Shown here piece after piece: positions 55,925-59,271 of a DNA stretch of 59,271 nucleotides. Under the pieces are notes generated by a model that did no database searches, had not been told where the DNA came from, and saw only the letters and a list, made by a program, of their open reading frames with translations. The DNA lies in NCBI GenBank assembly GCA_002306985.1, contig DBTJ01000116.1, positions 68-59,338 on the forward strand, read 5' to 3'. The translations under genes and the position numbers were made by a program. The stretch is from Verrucomicrobia bacterium UBA1319. GTDB taxonomy: Bacteria; Verrucomicrobiota; Verrucomicrobiia; Limisphaerales; UBA1319. Numbering within the stretch: the first letter of the stretch is position 1; the number at the start of each line of letters is the position of its first letter.

Positions 55925-57664
55925 ATGAATCTAGCTGCATTATCGGCCTTGTCGGTGGCGTTGCGCGAGTTGCGCGTTGCGGCCAGGCGGAAGGGTATTT
56001 ATCGCGTCCGTTTTTGGGCGGCCGTGGTGGCTGTCGGCCTGGTAGCCTGGGTTTTTTTCAGCGCCCTGCTTTCCCCCCAATCGCCCGCCCCGGCGACCTT
56101 GGGCGCGGAGATATTTTATTCACTGGCTTCCGTGTTGATGGGGTATTCGTTGCTGGCTGGCAGTCGCGCCACCGCCGATTGTTTGAGCGAAGAAAAGCGG
56201 GATGGCACCCTGGGGCTGCTGTTTCTAACGGATCTGAAAGGCTACGACGTGGTGGCGGGCAAAATGACCGCCAATTCGATGAGTTGCACTTACGGTTTGT
56301 TAGCGTCTTTTCCGGTGCTTACACTACCCCTCCTTTTAGGTGGGGTCTCCTGGGAACTGGTTTGGCGGGTACTCTTAATCTTGGCCAACGCCCTCTTTTT
56401 TTCGCTGGCCGCCGGGATGCTGGCCTCCGCGGTTTGCCGGAAAGAACGCTTGGCTTGCGGGATGGCCTTTCTTTTCGTGGCGCTCATTGCCGCCGGCTTG
56501 CCTGCGCTTGGGCTGTTATTTCGCGAATATGTGATCAAGGACGATGCCCTGCCGGTTCCGGAGTGGTTTTTGTTCCCCAGTCCGCTCGCCCATTTCATCC
56601 GTACCCTGGAGGGTTTTTCCAGCTTCGCGGTCGCGGGAAAATTCAAAGGCGTCGAATATTGGGGATCGCTGGCTACGGCGCATCTGCTCGGTTGGCTGTT
56701 TCTGTGGGGGGCCTGCCGGATTACGCCCAAATCCTGGCAGGATGTACCCGCCAGTCTATGGCTGGAGCGCTGGCGGCGTCGCTGGCAATATTGGTGCTAC
56801 GGCGGCTCGGAGACGCGCGCGGCGTTACGAAAACAATTGCTGGATATAAATCCGTTCGTTTGGATTTGCGGCGGGCGCGACCGGTTGCAGCGGACCTTAT
56901 TATGGGGTTTTCTGGGTTTACTGGTCGTTGGCTTCCTCTATGGGCTGGCAAAATTGCCGCATGACTGGCTCTGCATGCCGGTGGCGGTGACGACAGCTCT
57001 GGCGTTTGGTACGACCGTCAAATACTGGGTGGCGGGCGAAAGCACCCGCCGTTGCCTGGAAATTCGGCGCGATGGCGCCTTGGAATTGCTCGTCTGCACC
57101 CCCATGACCGTTCGGGAAATGCTCCAGGGCCAATGGCTGGCGATGCGGCGCCTGTTTGGCGCGGCTTTGGTCATGGTTGCGATCGTGGATTTTATCATGT
57201 TAGCGGTGGCGCTCAGCGATATCAGTAATCAATCCGAACGAGTTTCCACGGTGATTGCCTTTATTTCGGGCTTGATCCTTCTGGGAGCTGATTTTTGCGC
57301 CCTCGTGTGGGTAGGCAGTTGGCAGGGGTTGACGGCGAAAAACGCCAAAACCGCCAGCGGCACCACCGCTTGGCGTATTTTGGTCCTGCCTTGGGTTCTC
57401 TGGGGCATGTCGATCCCCGTTTGGGGATTTTTAATTCGTTTCAGCGTGGGGATTGGCGGCGAGTCGAGCTTCAATGTCTTCATTCTCTGGTGGCTGGCCA
57501 TCGGGCTAGTCATCGATTTGGCATACGGGGTATCGGCTTACCGCAGGCTGCACGCGGAATTTCGCGCGATTGCCGCCCAACGGTATCAGCCAGCCCCGAA
57601 AAACCCGTGGTGGAAGTTTTTGAAATATGAAAAAAACAGCCCTCCCCCTATCCTCAATCGCTGA
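55925..57664 (+). CDS. Double-domain ABC-2-type permease-like membrane protein
   Basis: RELRVAARR, TADCLSEEKRDGTLGLLFLTDL, second RRDGALELLVCTPM repeat; ~12 TMs. Confidence 0.8.
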   Translation: MNLAALSALSVALRELRVAARRKGIYRVRFWAAVVAVGLVAWVFFSALLSPQSPAPATLGAEIFYSLASVLMGYSLLAGSRATADCLSEEKRDGTLGLLFLTDLKGYDVVAGKMTANSMSCTYGLLASFPVLTLPLLLGGVSWELVWRVLLILANALFFSLAAGMLASAVCRKERLACGMAFLFVALIAAGLPALGLLFREYVIKDDALPVPEWFLFPSPLAHFIRTLEGFSSFAVAGKFKGVEYWGSLATAHLLGWLFLWGACRITPKSWQDVPASLWLERWRRRWQYWCYGGSETRAALRKQLLDINPFVWICGGRDRLQRTLLWGFLGLLVVGFLYGLAKLPHDWLCMPVAVTTALAFGTTVKYWVAGESTRRCLEIRRDGALELLVCTPMTVREMLQGQWLAMRRLFGAALVMVAIVDFIMLAVALSDISNQSERVSTVIAFISGLILLGADFCALVWVGSWQGLTAKNAKTASGTTAWRILVLPWVLWGMSIPVWGFLIRFSVGIGGESSFNVFILWWLAIGLVIDLAYGVSAYRRLHAEFRAIAAQRYQPAPKNPWWKFLKYEKNSPPPILNR

Positions 57665-58394
57665 GTATTGCGACCGGATTTTGCGCGTCAAGGCCATCAC
57701 GGATTGGCCGGGGGCGGTCAATGGCTTGCAGGTGGAAAACCGGCGGGGCATTTCGCGCCTCGCGGCGGCGGTGGATGCCAGTCTAGTCACCGTGCGCTTG
57801 GCTATCGCCGGGCAGGCGCAATTGCTGCTGGCGCATCATGGTTTGTTTTGGGGGCCAAGACATCCCTGGACGGGCGTGAATTACCAGCTGATGCGCGAGT
57901 TGATCGATCATGACGTGGCGGTCTATAGTGCGCATCTCCCCCTGGACGTGCATCCCCGATACGGGAACAACGCGCGGCTTTGCGCCGCCTTGAATTTTAA
58001 ACGGTGCCAGCCCTTCTTTTTTGAAAAAGGCCAGTACCTGGGATTGCGTACAGCCATAGCTCTCGACCGGGACGAATTAGCCCAGCGCTTGGGAAAAGTG
58101 CTAGGCGTCCCACCGCGGGTGTTGCCGGGCGGACCGCGCATTTGTCGCAAAATCGGGGTGGTTACGGGCGGGGCTGGAGATGAGATCCGACTGGCGGCGG
58201 CGGAGGGCGTCGACACCTTCATTACTGGGGAAGGCAGACACTGGACGCACGCCTTGGCGGAGGAACTGGGCTTGAACGTTTTTTATGGTGGTCATTATGC
58301 GACAGAAACCTTTGGCGTGAAGGCTTTGGCGGAACAGATATCGCGGCATTTTCGGATCGATTGGTTTTTTGCGGATCATCCGACGGGGCTTTAG
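57627..58394 (+). CDS. Nif3/YbgI-like dinuclear metal centre protein
   Basis: NGLQVE, HHGLFW, HLPLDVHP..GNN, FITGE, GGHYATETFG. Confidence 0.93.
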   Translation: MKKTALPLSSIAEYCDRILRVKAITDWPGAVNGLQVENRRGISRLAAAVDASLVTVRLAIAGQAQLLLAHHGLFWGPRHPWTGVNYQLMRELIDHDVAVYSAHLPLDVHPRYGNNARLCAALNFKRCQPFFFEKGQYLGLRTAIALDRDELAQRLGKVLGVPPRVLPGGPRICRKIGVVTGGAGDEIRLAAAEGVDTFITGEGRHWTHALAEELGLNVFYGGHYATETFGVKALAEQISRHFRIDWFFADHPTGL

Positions 58395-58682
58395 ATGCCC
58401 TCGTAATAGCAACGGAGTAGAGGGGTGCGTGGCCGTAAGTTCTCGCTAGGCCATTCGCATTTCGGGGGAATTTTACGCGGACCCAATACTAAGCGCCCAC
58501 CTCGCTCTTGCTCTCAGCTTAAGAGCGTGTACCTTGGCCTATCGACAACCCCGGAATGCTGCCCTGAAAAGCCATCGAAGTCGCTCGATTCAGGGTTTAA
58601 GGTTGTTTTGTAACCTATTTATATCAAAAGATATAAGCTAATCCGGAGACGCTCGGTGCTGGGAAATTTTTTAAAGAATCGT

Positions 58683-58732
58683 TTGACACTGATCGATGGG
58701 AAGGTGTATATACGATGTCAATTGTCGTATAT
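58683..58732 (+). promoter_or_regulatory. Putative cysK promoter with palindromic operator
   Basis: TTGACA at 58683; AT-rich -10 near 58707; perfect inverted repeat ATATACGA-N9-TCGTATAT (58708-58732). Confidence 0.55.
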
Positions 58733-58945
58733 TACGATTTAGTTGACCGGTTCGGGGAGCCTGTTTGAGGGCGCGTTTGCCAGCGCTTTTTCCGATAAGC
58801 TGGGGGGAAAAGCCAAGCGAAACCGGAAAGATGGCTGGCGGCCAAGAGCTCGCTGAGGCGAAAACCGAAAAACGACCGGGAAAATAGATGATACAATCAA
58901 AGCCAGGGTTTTAGACGACTCGGCTGACCACACAAAGGACATCCT

Positions 58946-59271
58946 ATGTCACGCATATTCAATGACATCACAGAAACCATCGGGAATACACCATTGGTCC
59001 GGCTTAATCGCACGGCAAAAAAACACGGGGCGCTAGCCGAGATTTTACTGAAATTGGAATTTTTTAATCCCCTTTCCAGTGTGAAAGACCGTATTGGGGC
59101 CGCCATGATCGATGCGGCAACCAAAGCGGGGCTGATTAAAGAGGGGACGGTGCTCATTGAGCCGACCAGCGGGAACACGGGTATCGCCTTGGCCTTTGTC
59201 GCGGCGGCGCGGGGTATTCCCTTGATTTTGACGATGCCGGAAACGATGTCGATCGAGCGCCGCAAGCTGCT
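58946..59271 (+). CDS. cysK: Cysteine synthase A (5' part, truncated by the window edge)
   Basis: [21 protein letters not shown]...[16 protein letters not shown]...[13 protein letters not shown]...[11 protein letters not shown]; AAAGGA RBS; not in the ORF track. Confidence 0.95.
   Translation, partial: MSRIFNDITETIGNTPLVRLNRTAKKHGALAEILLKLEFFNPLSSVKDRIGAAMIDAATKAGLIKEGTVLIEPTSGNTGIALAFVAAARGIPLILTMPETMSIERRKL

Noticed and set aside
58395-58945. SAM riboswitch or Cys leader peptide before cysK
   Set aside because: No SAM-I core motifs were recognised, and the short uORFs I read (58715, 58831) contain no Cys codons.

Overview
A ~58% GC bacterial chromosomal window, most likely from Verrucomicrobiota (Pedosphaerae/Limisphaerales-like). 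This is inferred from the H-X9-DG pseudopilin, a Verrucomicrobia-type C-terminal sorting domain, futalosine-pathway mqnC and many CRTAC1/ASPIC-UnbV proteins. Housekeeping genes (cutC, dnaE, VKOR-DsbA, tRNA-Asp, ferritin, mqnC, pagL, asd, yebC, nif3, cysK) flank accessory loci. The standout is a ~17.6-kb co-oriented periplasmic/envelope locus (13986-31567). It encodes a hydrazine-synthase-like pair (an HzsA-like heme lipoprotein and an HzsB-HzsC-like propeller/di-heme fusion), FG-GAP/UnbV proteins, two LivJ-type binding proteins with no transporter, a Tll0287-like cytochrome, a DUF2231-like membrane protein and a DUF6057/TolB-like pair. No other anammox genes are visible in the window. Two elements missed by the ORF track are also notable: a Thr/Lys-rich leader-peptide attenuator in front of asd, and a ~100-nt promoter- and terminator-bounded candidate sRNA beside tRNA-Asp that displays CACCUCCUU (the 16S 3'-end/anti-SD sequence). 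No CRISPR array, integrase or transposase was seen. All family calls come from motif recognition by eye, not from database searches.
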